DNA of 64,000 nt from a virus, in the IMG/VR virus record IMGVR_UViG_3300028840_002691, positions 1 to 64,000 of that record. One strand, given 5' to 3'. The position numbers and the translations under genes were made by a program. Shown one piece after another: positions 29,380-37,587 of this stretch (position 1 is its first letter; each line of letters opens with the position of its first letter). Under the pieces are notes generated by a model. The model was not told the origin of the DNA. It ran no database searches and saw only the letters and a program-made list of their open reading frames with translations.

Positions 29380-29594
29380 AAGCCATACTAGAGTTCAATC
29401 TGCCGGAGGACCAGGATGATTACAGACTCCACTGCGCCGCCAGGGAAATGTATCTGGCACTGTGGGACATTGGTGCGTGGTTGAGGGACCAGGAAAAATA
29501 TCATCCTGACGATGAGTGGCCAAAGCTGGATAAGATCAGGGATAGGTTTTACGAGATACTGGACACTAGGAACATCGATCTAGACTCGTTATGA
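29376..29594 (+). CDS. Conserved small phage protein
   Basis: MKAILEFNLPED start typical of a phage hypothetical family. Confidence 0.65.
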   Translation: MKAILEFNLPEDQDDYRLHCAAREMYLALWDIGAWLRDQEKYHPDDEWPKLDKIRDRFYEILDTRNIDLDSL

Positions 29595-29604
29595 GCAGCT
29601 TGAC

Positions 29605-30750
29605 ATGAGAATACTGCGGATCATAACTCGTTTGAATACTGGTGGCCCAGCCATTCAGGCAATAGACCTGACCAGGGAATTGCACAAACGTGGGCATGAG
29701 TGTGAACTGGTTGTTGGGTTAGCGAGCAGAGAAGAAGGACAGCAGTTTCAGGCAAAAGCAATGGGGCAATTAGGAGATAAACTTGGCTTTTCTTCTACTT
29801 TACAAAGGGAACTAAATTGGTATTGTGACAGGTGTGCCTTCAAAGCTATAAGGAAGAAGATACAGGACTTCCAGCCAGACATCGTGCACACTCATACCGC
29901 AAAGGCTGGCTTCTTGGGCAGGTTGGCTGCTATTACAATCAGGCCCAGGCCGAAGCTGGTGCATACTTTTCATGGGCATGTATTCCACTCCTATTTCAAT
30001 AAGTACAGGAGCTGGTTCTATCTGTTCTTGGAACGGTGGCTGGCGGGGTGGACGGACAAATTGATAGCTGTAAGCAGAAGCCAGATGGACGAGCTGATCA
30101 ACTATCACCTGTTCCCAAGGTACGGTTATGAGGTGATTCCTTTGGGCTTTGACTTGGAGCCGTTTCTGAAAGTGCCCATGTGGAAATACAAGAAGAGGCT
30201 GAACGTAGGGATAGTCGGTAGGTTGACGGCAGTGAAGGACCATGAGCTGTTTTTTGAGTTCGTAAATGCACTAAGAAGGATTACATCTGTAGAGGTTAAG
30301 GCTTTTGTCATTGGCAGTGGTGAGAGAAGGGCCGAACTGCAACGCAAGTATAAGGATGCACTTTTTATGGGAGAAGTGAGGCACAGTGCTCTATCAGCAG
30401 TTTATGAGAACTTGGACCTGGTTGTTTGCAGCAGTAAGAATGAGGGTACTCCGGTGGCGTTGATAGAGGCTATGGCGGCAGGCAGGCCAGTTCTGGGCAC
30501 TTCTGTAGGCGGAGTGAAAGACCTTATAGGCAGGGACGATAGATATGAGTATCCGCCGTTCTCAATAGGCACAATGAGAGGGTTTTACTTGTATAGCCCA
30601 CAGCAAGCAGCTAATGATATCACTCATTCTTTGGACTTGGAATCCTACCACTTCATGATTGCAAGGGCCAGAGAGTATGTGAAGAAGACCTATTCCTTGG
30701 ACAGGCTGGTAGACAGCATTGAGCACTGTTACAGGAGCATACCCAGGTGA
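29605..30750 (+). CDS. GT4 family glycosyltransferase
   Basis: GGPA, HTHTAKAG, GRLTAVKD, EGTPVALIEAMAAG. Confidence 0.92.
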   Translation: MRILRIITRLNTGGPAIQAIDLTRELHKRGHECELVVGLASREEGQQFQAKAMGQLGDKLGFSSTLQRELNWYCDRCAFKAIRKKIQDFQPDIVHTHTAKAGFLGRLAAITIRPRPKLVHTFHGHVFHSYFNKYRSWFYLFLERWLAGWTDKLIAVSRSQMDELINYHLFPRYGYEVIPLGFDLEPFLKVPMWKYKKRLNVGIVGRLTAVKDHELFFEFVNALRRITSVEVKAFVIGSGERRAELQRKYKDALFMGEVRHSALSAVYENLDLVVCSSKNEGTPVALIEAMAAGRPVLGTSVGGVKDLIGRDDRYEYPPFSIGTMRGFYLYSPQQAANDITHSLDLESYHFMIARAREYVKKTYSLDRLVDSIEHCYRSIPR

Positions 30751-31184
30751 ACGCTGTTGAGACGATAGACTGGACTGAGCTGAAGACGGAAGTCGAAAAG
30801 CGGAAGGGCACCAAGCTTTACAGCACAGCCGATATGTTCCACTATCTGTACTGGAGGCAGGGGATGTCTCTCAGCGAGATTGGGGCTTTTCTTGGTGTAA
30901 GCGGAAGGACAGTGTCGTTGAAGATGCAGACCTTCGGCATCAAGATCAGGCCGAAAGGCGGCAACAATGCAAAGTTCAAACCGCTGCTACCAAAGGAGCA
31001 TTCCTGCAAAGCTGAGAAAGAAGCACTTCTGAGGTGGAAGATAGAGGAAAAGAGGAGCGACTTGGACATAGCGAAACTGCTAAAGAGGCTGTACGGCGTA
31101 AGGGTCAACCAGCAAATTGTGGCTAGAAGGCTGCGTATGGCTAGGAGGGATGAGGAGTATGTTCTCAGAGATCGAGTGGTTTGA
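30747..31184 (+). CDS. HTH DNA-binding protein
   Basis: LYWRQGMSLSEIGAFLGVSGRTV; second HTH-like segment. Confidence 0.65.
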   Translation: MNAVETIDWTELKTEVEKRKGTKLYSTADMFHYLYWRQGMSLSEIGAFLGVSGRTVSLKMQTFGIKIRPKGGNNAKFKPLLPKEHSCKAEKEALLRWKIEEKRSDLDIAKLLKRLYGVRVNQQIVARRLRMARRDEEYVLRDRVV

Positions 31185-31360
31185 TTGCCTGGTTTTTTCT
31201 GTGTGGGGACTGGTTTTTTTCTGGTTTGGGAAAACTTATGGTATAATGGTAGAAAGGACTCTCAGGTATTGGTGGCTGAGGCTGAAGAGGCTCTGCCAGG
31301 GCAGGTACATAACCACGCCTGACGACATAAACATAGCTAGGTGAGGAAACAAGTGATCTT

Positions 31361-31579
31361 ATGAAGTTAGGGATTTCAAATACCTGGATACGCATCACCA
31401 CCCCGTACTTTGTAGCTGGTGCAGAACTTGATGATGATAGAAAGATAGTTAGATGCGCGCCCATCCTGATGTGGATGAAAAGGAAGGATATGAATCTGAG
31501 GGATATTATGTACTATTGCCATGTCAACCCGAAGTACAGGCTGGAGGTGTACCATGGCCCTGTTGAAAGAGTATTGTAA
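31361..31579 (+). CDS. Hypothetical phage protein
   Basis: WIRITTPYFVAG..RCAPIL.WM; GAGG RBS. Confidence 0.55.
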   Translation: MKLGISNTWIRITTPYFVAGAELDDDRKIVRCAPILMWMKRKDMNLRDIMYYCHVNPKYRLEVYHGPVERVL

Positions 31580-31997
31580 GATGTGGCTCTCAGCCCCGCA
31601 GGAAGCGAAAAGGGGGTTTGAGCCAGATGAGCAGAATAAGTGGATGTGTCCTGGTTGCTTAGTGTATTCAGACTTCATACCGGAGAAACCCTACAGGTTT
31701 CATTGCCGGACGTGCCAAGGCGAAACATTTCTCCAACCCATCCCCAGACTCGACCAGTTGTTGAAGATGGTGAAAAATGGATATATCGACATCGGCAGAA
31801 GAATCATACATAAATCTTTTACCCCTTCGGGAGAAACAGGAACATTATTCAATATTCTTGTGGCCGGTAAAAAGTATTTTGTGGGTGATAGTTTTGAAGA
31901 AGCCGTCCTGCACGGCATCGGGTGGGAGAGAGGTTATCAATGGAAGGAGGGGAAATGGGTATCTACGAAGACCGAAGAGAAGGGCAATAAGGGATAA
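31554..31997 (+). CDS. Zn-finger hypothetical protein
   Basis: CPGC..CRTC, PRLDQL; GGAGG RBS. Confidence 0.55.
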   Translation: MALLKEYCKMWLSAPQEAKRGFEPDEQNKWMCPGCLVYSDFIPEKPYRFHCRTCQGETFLQPIPRLDQLLKMVKNGYIDIGRRIIHKSFTPSGETGTLFNILVAGKKYFVGDSFEEAVLHGIGWERGYQWKEGKWVSTKTEEKGNKG

Positions 31998-32007
31998 GGA
32001 ATGATTT

Positions 32008-32118
32008 TAGGTAAAGGCGTAGACCTGTTAGTGAGGAGATGTAAGCCTATGCAGCAGTATGGTAGCGATTTCCGTTTGAGCTTAGAATCCTGTCGTTAAA
32101 ACGACAGGAGTACGTCAA
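32008..32118 (+). mobile_element. IS200/IS605-family right end / omegaRNA-like remnant without tnpB
   Basis: GAA-TCCTGTCGT-TAAA-ACGACAGGA-GTACG-TCAA terminal hairpin plus TCAA end; upstream GGAGATGTAAG resembles tnpB 3' ends. Confidence 0.65.
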
Positions 32119-32129
32119 TTTAGTAAAAG

Positions 32130-32585
32130 TTTAAGGCAGACAGACATGTAAAAGTGAAAGAGACAGAAAGGAGATAGATATGTACTTAAAGATAGCATGG
32201 CATGTGGAAGAGGATGGAATTATAGTGCCGTCGAGTTTTGAAACTGCCCCGCCTACGTTGGTGGCACCTAGACAGCACTATATGTTTGAAACTGACAGAG
32301 CCAGGTACAAAAAAGCCCGGGTTTTATCAATGAACGCATTTTGGGAATGGTTGATGAAATCCTTCCGGCGTAGTCATCATGTGGTGGGGCCGGAAATACC
32401 GCAAGAATTGTCAGAGGGAGAGGGTTTTGAGTTCCTTGTTATTGATATCCCAAATGCTCTTGAGGACAGTGGTTGGGAAACTATCTTAGCTCCTAACTGT
32501 TCATTATATGTGATGAATAGTAAGGGAAAGACGATCGATACGTTGATTTGTAGTCCATAGATGTGAAGTGTCTGTTTGCCTTAAA
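32130..32585. repeat. 17-bp inverted repeats enclosing one gene
   Basis: tttaaggcagacagaca (32130-32146) and tgtctgtttgccttaaa (32569-32585); the single mismatch is a G-U pair. Confidence 0.75.
32180..32560 (+). CDS. Hypothetical phage protein
   Basis: AAGGAG RBS; C-terminal YVMNSKGKTID motif. Confidence 0.7.
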   Translation: MYLKIAWHVEEDGIIVPSSFETAPPTLVAPRQHYMFETDRARYKKARVLSMNAFWEWLMKSFRRSHHVVGPEIPQELSEGEGFEFLVIDIPNALEDSGWETILAPNCSLYVMNSKGKTIDTLICSP

Positions 32586-32876
32586 AACCCTAGCAAGACG
32601 GTGGAGGAGGTAGGTAAGTAATGAGCTACAAAGGGGATCTACATCGGACAATATTGAGCATGAGAGAGGTTATATGTAATTATCCACCATTCCCGTATCT
32701 TTATTGGGACAAGTTTGCTGTAATGCGTTTTTTAGAGAAGAGGGGCTTAGATATAAAAAACCTCTCATAAGATTTACAGACCCATTAGCAAGAGACATAG
32801 TGTTCTTGCAAGAAAGTGTGGGTATGAGAGGAAAGAAGGGAAATGGGTGAGCCACGAGTGAGAAAGAGGAAGAAAA

Positions 32877-33806
32877 GTGAAAACACTAGTCACCGGAGGA
32901 GCAGGGTTCATAGGCTCGGCATTGGCTAGGAGGCTGCTACGGCTGGGGCACGAGGTGTATGTTGTAGACGACCTCTCCAACAGCACCAGAGAAAACGTAC
33001 CGGAAGGCGTGAAAGAGTTCTGGCGCATGGACTTCTTTGACGTTGCTGCTTACAATGCTGTGCAGTTTGACTGCATATTTCACCTGGCTGCACCATCTTC
33101 CGGAAGCAAGTCTTTTGAGAACCCACATAAGGAGCTGGAAGAGCATGTTTGGAAAACTTACGAGCTTCTCGAGTGGGCTTACAGTGTGAGCTCAAGGATG
33201 AAGTTCATCTACACAAGCTCTGCCACCGTGTACGGCAACCAAGCTGAGCCAGTGGACGAACTAGAGCCTCTGAGCCCAAAGACACCATACGCTGCAGGCA
33301 AGGCTGCTGCGGAGGCCTACGTGAAGTATTTTGCCAACAGAGGGCTACAGGCCAATGTGGTGCGGCTGCCTGCGGTCTACGGGCCTGGGCAGAACCTCCA
33401 AAACCGAGAGCAGGGCATGGTGAGCATCTACCTCTCATACATTCTAGCCAAGAAGCGGGTGCTAGTAAAAGGGCTGCCGATACGGTACAGGGACTTCATC
33501 TACGTAGAGGATGCGGTGGAGGGGATGCTGGCCGTGATGGACAACACCATGTGCCGACGCACCTACAACCTCTCGACAGGCATCGGCACAACGGTGCACG
33601 ACCTGCTAATGCTGATGTTCCGGATCTCCGGTCACCAGGAGGGCTACGAGGTTGACGAGAGGGGCACTCCTGGTGACCAGTTCGGCATAGTGCTTGATCC
33701 TGCCAGGGCAAGGGACGAGCTGGACTGGGAGGCTAAGACTGATCTTATTACTGGGTTGAAGCTGATGTATGCTTTTGAAAAAGAAAGGAGTGAGCAAAAT
33801 GGCTAA
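32877..33806 (+). CDS. NDP-sugar epimerase/dehydratase
   Basis: TGGAGFIG, YAAGK, VYGPGQ, RDFIYVED. Confidence 0.9.
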   Translation: MKTLVTGGAGFIGSALARRLLRLGHEVYVVDDLSNSTRENVPEGVKEFWRMDFFDVAAYNAVQFDCIFHLAAPSSGSKSFENPHKELEEHVWKTYELLEWAYSVSSRMKFIYTSSATVYGNQAEPVDELEPLSPKTPYAAGKAAAEAYVKYFANRGLQANVVRLPAVYGPGQNLQNREQGMVSIYLSYILAKKRVLVKGLPIRYRDFIYVEDAVEGMLAVMDNTMCRRTYNLSTGIGTTVHDLLMLMFRISGHQEGYEVDERGTPGDQFGIVLDPARARDELDWEAKTDLITGLKLMYAFEKERSEQNG

Positions 33807-34749
33807 ATGTCCATTGTGCAAAAGTGAGGATATGTTCCTGATAACAAATAAGGTCAGGTTCGGCAAAGAGGCTGACGTTTACCGTTGCAATGACTGCTCC
33901 CTGGTGTTTCTGGACCAGGATTCGTTTGAGTTCCCGAAGGACTTCTATGAGAAGGAGTACCACCAGACCTACCTGACCCATGTGGAGCCTGATGCCTTGG
34001 ACCCCGAGAAGTATTTTGAGAAGGCCAGCAAGACGACCAAGAAGTGGGCTGATAAATTCTTATATCAGTTCCCACATTGTATGGAAGCAACAGTGCTCGA
34101 CGTTGGATGCTCTACTGGTCATTTCATGTGCCAGATAAAACCAAAAGTGAGAGCCGTTATAGGTGTAGAGCTGAACGAGAAGGAGCTGAAGTTCTGTAAG
34201 GAGGAAAAGAAGCTGGAAGTGTATAATGTTATAAAGACGGTTTTGGCAAACAAGCACTTCATCACCATGATCTATGTTCTGGAGCACATAGCGGACCCAG
34301 TGACTTTCTTGAAAGACTGCAGGAAGAAACTTATAGTCCCGAACGGTAGAATCGTGCTCCTGGTGCCATGTATAAATGATGCTCTGCTGTGGCTGTACAA
34401 GATACCTGAGTACAAAGAGTTCCACTTCTGCATTGAGCACCTGTACTACTTCAACAAAAAGACTCTGAATCTGGTTCTGGAGCAGGCTGGCTTCAATGAC
34501 ATACAGATAGAGATGCTTCAGGAGTACCCGTTGACAAACCACCTGAAGTGGCTGTACCAACGAGCACCTGGAGGCCTGTTGGAGTCAAGGGAAGGTGAGC
34601 CACCTATACATCCGAGCATGTTTCTGGATACCACAGATGTTGAAACGGCATGGACTCAACTATGGGCCAGGTTCAACATTGACTACAAACACTTCTTATG
34701 GCGTTTTGGATACGGAGACAGATTATGGGCAACAGCAAGCTACGCATAG
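33799..34749 (+). CDS. Class I SAM methyltransferase with N-terminal Zn ribbon (sugar-cluster type)
   Basis: CPLC..CNDC, LDVGCSTG, VLEHIADP, HLYYF. Confidence 0.85.
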   Translation: MAKCPLCKSEDMFLITNKVRFGKEADVYRCNDCSLVFLDQDSFEFPKDFYEKEYHQTYLTHVEPDALDPEKYFEKASKTTKKWADKFLYQFPHCMEATVLDVGCSTGHFMCQIKPKVRAVIGVELNEKELKFCKEEKKLEVYNVIKTVLANKHFITMIYVLEHIADPVTFLKDCRKKLIVPNGRIVLLVPCINDALLWLYKIPEYKEFHFCIEHLYYFNKKTLNLVLEQAGFNDIQIEMLQEYPLTNHLKWLYQRAPGGLLESREGEPPIHPSMFLDTTDVETAWTQLWARFNIDYKHFLWRFGYGDRLWATASYA

Positions 34750-35774
34750 CAATTACAGGCCTAGGTAATAGGGCTTTGCCAAAAGACCCAGACAGCAGCA
34801 ACTGGGATGGCTGGGTGAAGCAGATCCAAAATCATCCCGGCTATGAGTTGATAGCAGCCCACGATCCTGTTGAGAAGAACATTGATTGCAGACAATACGA
34901 GCACCTTTCACACATGCTCTTTGTGGAGAGTGTGGATGTGCTATTGGTGTGCAGCCCCATCAGATATCACGACTCAGGAATACTGGCTGCGCTGAACAGT
35001 CTGCGTGAGCGTGGCAGTCGGCCAACAGGACTGATAGTGGAGAAGCCATTCTGCTGGAATATCCATCAGGGCGAAGTGCTGTTGGAAGACATCAAGGAAC
35101 TGGGCGTAAAGACCTGTATTGTGCAGAACTGGCGCTTCAAGGACGTGGGCCAAACACTAAGAGCCAATCTGAAGAATGAGGAAGTAGCTCACATATTCTT
35201 CTGTTACACAAGAAACAGAGAAAACCCAAACTACCCAGACTACATATTCAAGGAACCTTATCCACCACTGTACGCTATGGGCATACACCACCTGGACTTG
35301 TTCCGGTACATTCTGCGGGATGAGGTTGAGTGGGTCACTGGGCAGGCTTTTAGGCCGGAGTGGTCGCTGTATGAGTCTTATACGGGAGTAAACCTGTTTC
35401 TGCAGATGAAGAGCGGAGTGCCTGTGGTTTATACTAGTACGTTTTCCAGCCCTGGATACGATTTGAATCAAGAGAACCTGCTCATCGAAGGAAGGGGTTT
35501 TGATTGGAATTTGTTGGGAGATTGGGGTGACGGATATTTGTTCATGAGCACTAGCCAAATGAATACTCCGCCAAAATGTCTTCCTTTTGAGAAAACAAAA
35601 GAACAGTACGACAAAGCAGACAAATATATCTTGGACAGCTTTTACGAAACCATGATACACGGAGCACCAGAGATCTGCTCGGCTGAGGACGCCTTCAAGT
35701 CTGTGCTAGTGGTGGAGGCGGCTAGAAAGGCTTGCGAAACAGGGGAGAAAGTCTACATAAAGGAGTTAAGCTAA
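34725..35774 (+). CDS. Gfo/Idh/MocA oxidoreductase
   Basis: GLGNRA, VEKP, QNWRF, GIHHLDL. Confidence 0.85.
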   Translation: MGNSKLRIAITGLGNRALPKDPDSSNWDGWVKQIQNHPGYELIAAHDPVEKNIDCRQYEHLSHMLFVESVDVLLVCSPIRYHDSGILAALNSLRERGSRPTGLIVEKPFCWNIHQGEVLLEDIKELGVKTCIVQNWRFKDVGQTLRANLKNEEVAHIFFCYTRNRENPNYPDYIFKEPYPPLYAMGIHHLDLFRYILRDEVEWVTGQAFRPEWSLYESYTGVNLFLQMKSGVPVVYTSTFSSPGYDLNQENLLIEGRGFDWNLLGDWGDGYLFMSTSQMNTPPKCLPFEKTKEQYDKADKYILDSFYETMIHGAPEICSAEDAFKSVLVVEAARKACETGEKVYIKELS

Positions 35775-36292
35775 TGTACTGGTTCACAGCCGACGAGCAC
35801 TACAAACACAGCAGGATCATAGACTACTGCAACAGGCCATTTGACTCAATAGATGAGAATGATTTAATGTTAATGGCTAACCACAATAGTGTAGTGAGTA
35901 AAGATGATACTACTGTGCATGTTGGGGACTTTGGCTTTTTCAGGACAAAGAAGGAGGCTGGAGAGTACATACGATGCCTGAACGGCAATCACATCTTTGT
36001 CAGGGGTAGTCATGATCGCTGGGCACCAAAGTCTATGCGTGAGATATGGAAGAACAAGATAGATGGGCAGACAGTAGTAGCCTGCCATTATGCTATGCGC
36101 ACTTGGCCTGCATCCCATCACAACAGCTGGCTCCTCTATGGCCACAGCCATGGCAGGCTGCCTCCGCAGGGCAAGAGCTGGGACGTTGGGGTTGACTGCA
36201 ATGGGTATTTTCCTGTCTCCTGGGACACGGTGAAGAAAATAATGGAGGGGAGGCCGGACAACTTTAACTATGTTCACAAAACTAAAGCATAA
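35774..36292 (+). CDS. Calcineurin-like metallophosphoesterase (phage type)
   Basis: ADEH, VGDF, GSHD, GHSH, DVGVD. Confidence 0.85.
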   Translation: MYWFTADEHYKHSRIIDYCNRPFDSIDENDLMLMANHNSVVSKDDTTVHVGDFGFFRTKKEAGEYIRCLNGNHIFVRGSHDRWAPKSMREIWKNKIDGQTVVACHYAMRTWPASHHNSWLLYGHSHGRLPPQGKSWDVGVDCNGYFPVSWDTVKKIMEGRPDNFNYVHKTKA

Positions 36293-37094
36293 GCTGGCTA
36301 TCTGGTCTATCAGAAAAGCCTTAAAAGAACAGAACCTCATGCCCATTTACGAGGAGCTGGAAGAGATCTTGCCCGACATCAGAGACCAGTACTCGTTTGC
36401 CGAGGTCAACTCGGAGTACAAGATCACCAATATAAGGGCGATGCATGCGTTTCAGATGGACTTTTTGTCAAAGGCAATAGAAAGGGTAGGGGAAAGGGCG
36501 ATCGTCGTTTCTATGGTGTCTGAGGACGTCTCAGGGGCTTTGAAGGGTATCGATATCGGAGACAGCTCAGGCAACCACACTCTGTATCTGAAAGGGCTGT
36601 TTCCGGCCACCAGGTTCAAGATGCTCAGCGTGAACGCCGACGAGAACGCTGTGAACAAGATCGCTGCAAAAGGCCTGAACGCCATATTGTGCTCGCTGGA
36701 AGATCTGGTGATGTTTGAGAAGTACGAGCCGTATGACTTCGGGATGATGTTTGAGGTTCTGGAGCACATAGAGAATCCGGTGGACGTGCTGCGGAAGCTG
36801 AAAAAGATGTGCATAGACAAGTTCATAATCACGGTGCCCTACCTGAGAAAGAGCCGAGTCGGGCTGCACCAGATACGGCAAGGCTCTGGTGGGTACAATT
36901 TGGAGAATACGCATATCTTTGAATTGTGCCCAGAGGATTGGAAGCTGCTGTTCGCCTACACGGGATGGGAGGTGGTAAGAGAAGCTGTCTATTTGCAGTA
37001 CCCGAGGTGGTGTCTGCCGCTGAGATACTTGTGGCGGAAGAAGGACTTTGAGGGCTTTTGGGGATGTGTGCTGGGAAGGAAAGATGAAACTTAA
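36270..37094 (+). CDS. SAM-dependent methyltransferase-like protein
   Basis: DIGDSSG, FEVLEHIENP, ITVP. Confidence 0.7.
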   Translation: MFTKLKHKLAIWSIRKALKEQNLMPIYEELEEILPDIRDQYSFAEVNSEYKITNIRAMHAFQMDFLSKAIERVGERAIVVSMVSEDVSGALKGIDIGDSSGNHTLYLKGLFPATRFKMLSVNADENAVNKIAAKGLNAILCSLEDLVMFEKYEPYDFGMMFEVLEHIENPVDVLRKLKKMCIDKFIITVPYLRKSRVGLHQIRQGSGGYNLENTHIFELCPEDWKLLFAYTGWEVVREAVYLQYPRWCLPLRYLWRKKDFEGFWGCVLGRKDET

Positions 37095-37220
37095 CGACGC
37101 TGATAAAGCACTATGAGCGGATGTATTTTCGAGGACTGGTGAAGACCTTCGTCTTCATAGTGCTAATATTGGCGCTGCTGGTATTTGGGAAGATGTTCTG
37201 AAAGGCAGGTGATGCTGGAA

Positions 37221-37568
37221 ATGAGTTGGTGGGTAGATCTCAGCGACGAAAATGGCATTGTCCAAGTGGACAGGCACAGCGAAGGAGGCACGTACGCTCT
37301 TGGTGGTACTCCTCAAGCTGATCTTAACATCACCTACAACTACTCTGAGCACTATTATAAGCACTTGAACGAAGAAGAGGGTCTGCAGTGGTTGCACGGA
37401 AAAAGGGCCAAAGACACAATAGCTGCTCTGGAGAGCGCCGTCAACAAGTTAGGCACGAAAACCAGTTCAGATTATTGGAAGCCCACGAAAGGCAACGCTG
37501 GCTATGCTTTGTCTATTCTGCTTTCTTGGGCCAGGCAGTATCCAGAAGCAGTTTGGGACGTTAGTTGA
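37221..37568 (+). CDS. Hypothetical phage protein flanked by 27-bp direct repeats
   Basis: LNITYNYS..YWKPTKGNAG; tgaaaggcaggtgatRctgRaaatgag at 37199-37225 and 37566-37592. Confidence 0.7.
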   Translation: MSWWVDLSDENGIVQVDRHSEGGTYALGGTPQADLNITYNYSEHYYKHLNEEEGLQWLHGKRAKDTIAALESAVNKLGTKTSSDYWKPTKGNAGYALSILLSWARQYPEAVWDVS

Positions 37569-37587
37569 AAGGCAGGTGATACTGAAA

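Noticed and set aside
8409-37094. Host LPS/capsule locus flanked by a prophage
   Set aside because: No flippase, polymerase or export genes; interleaved and coupled with phage genes on the same strand.
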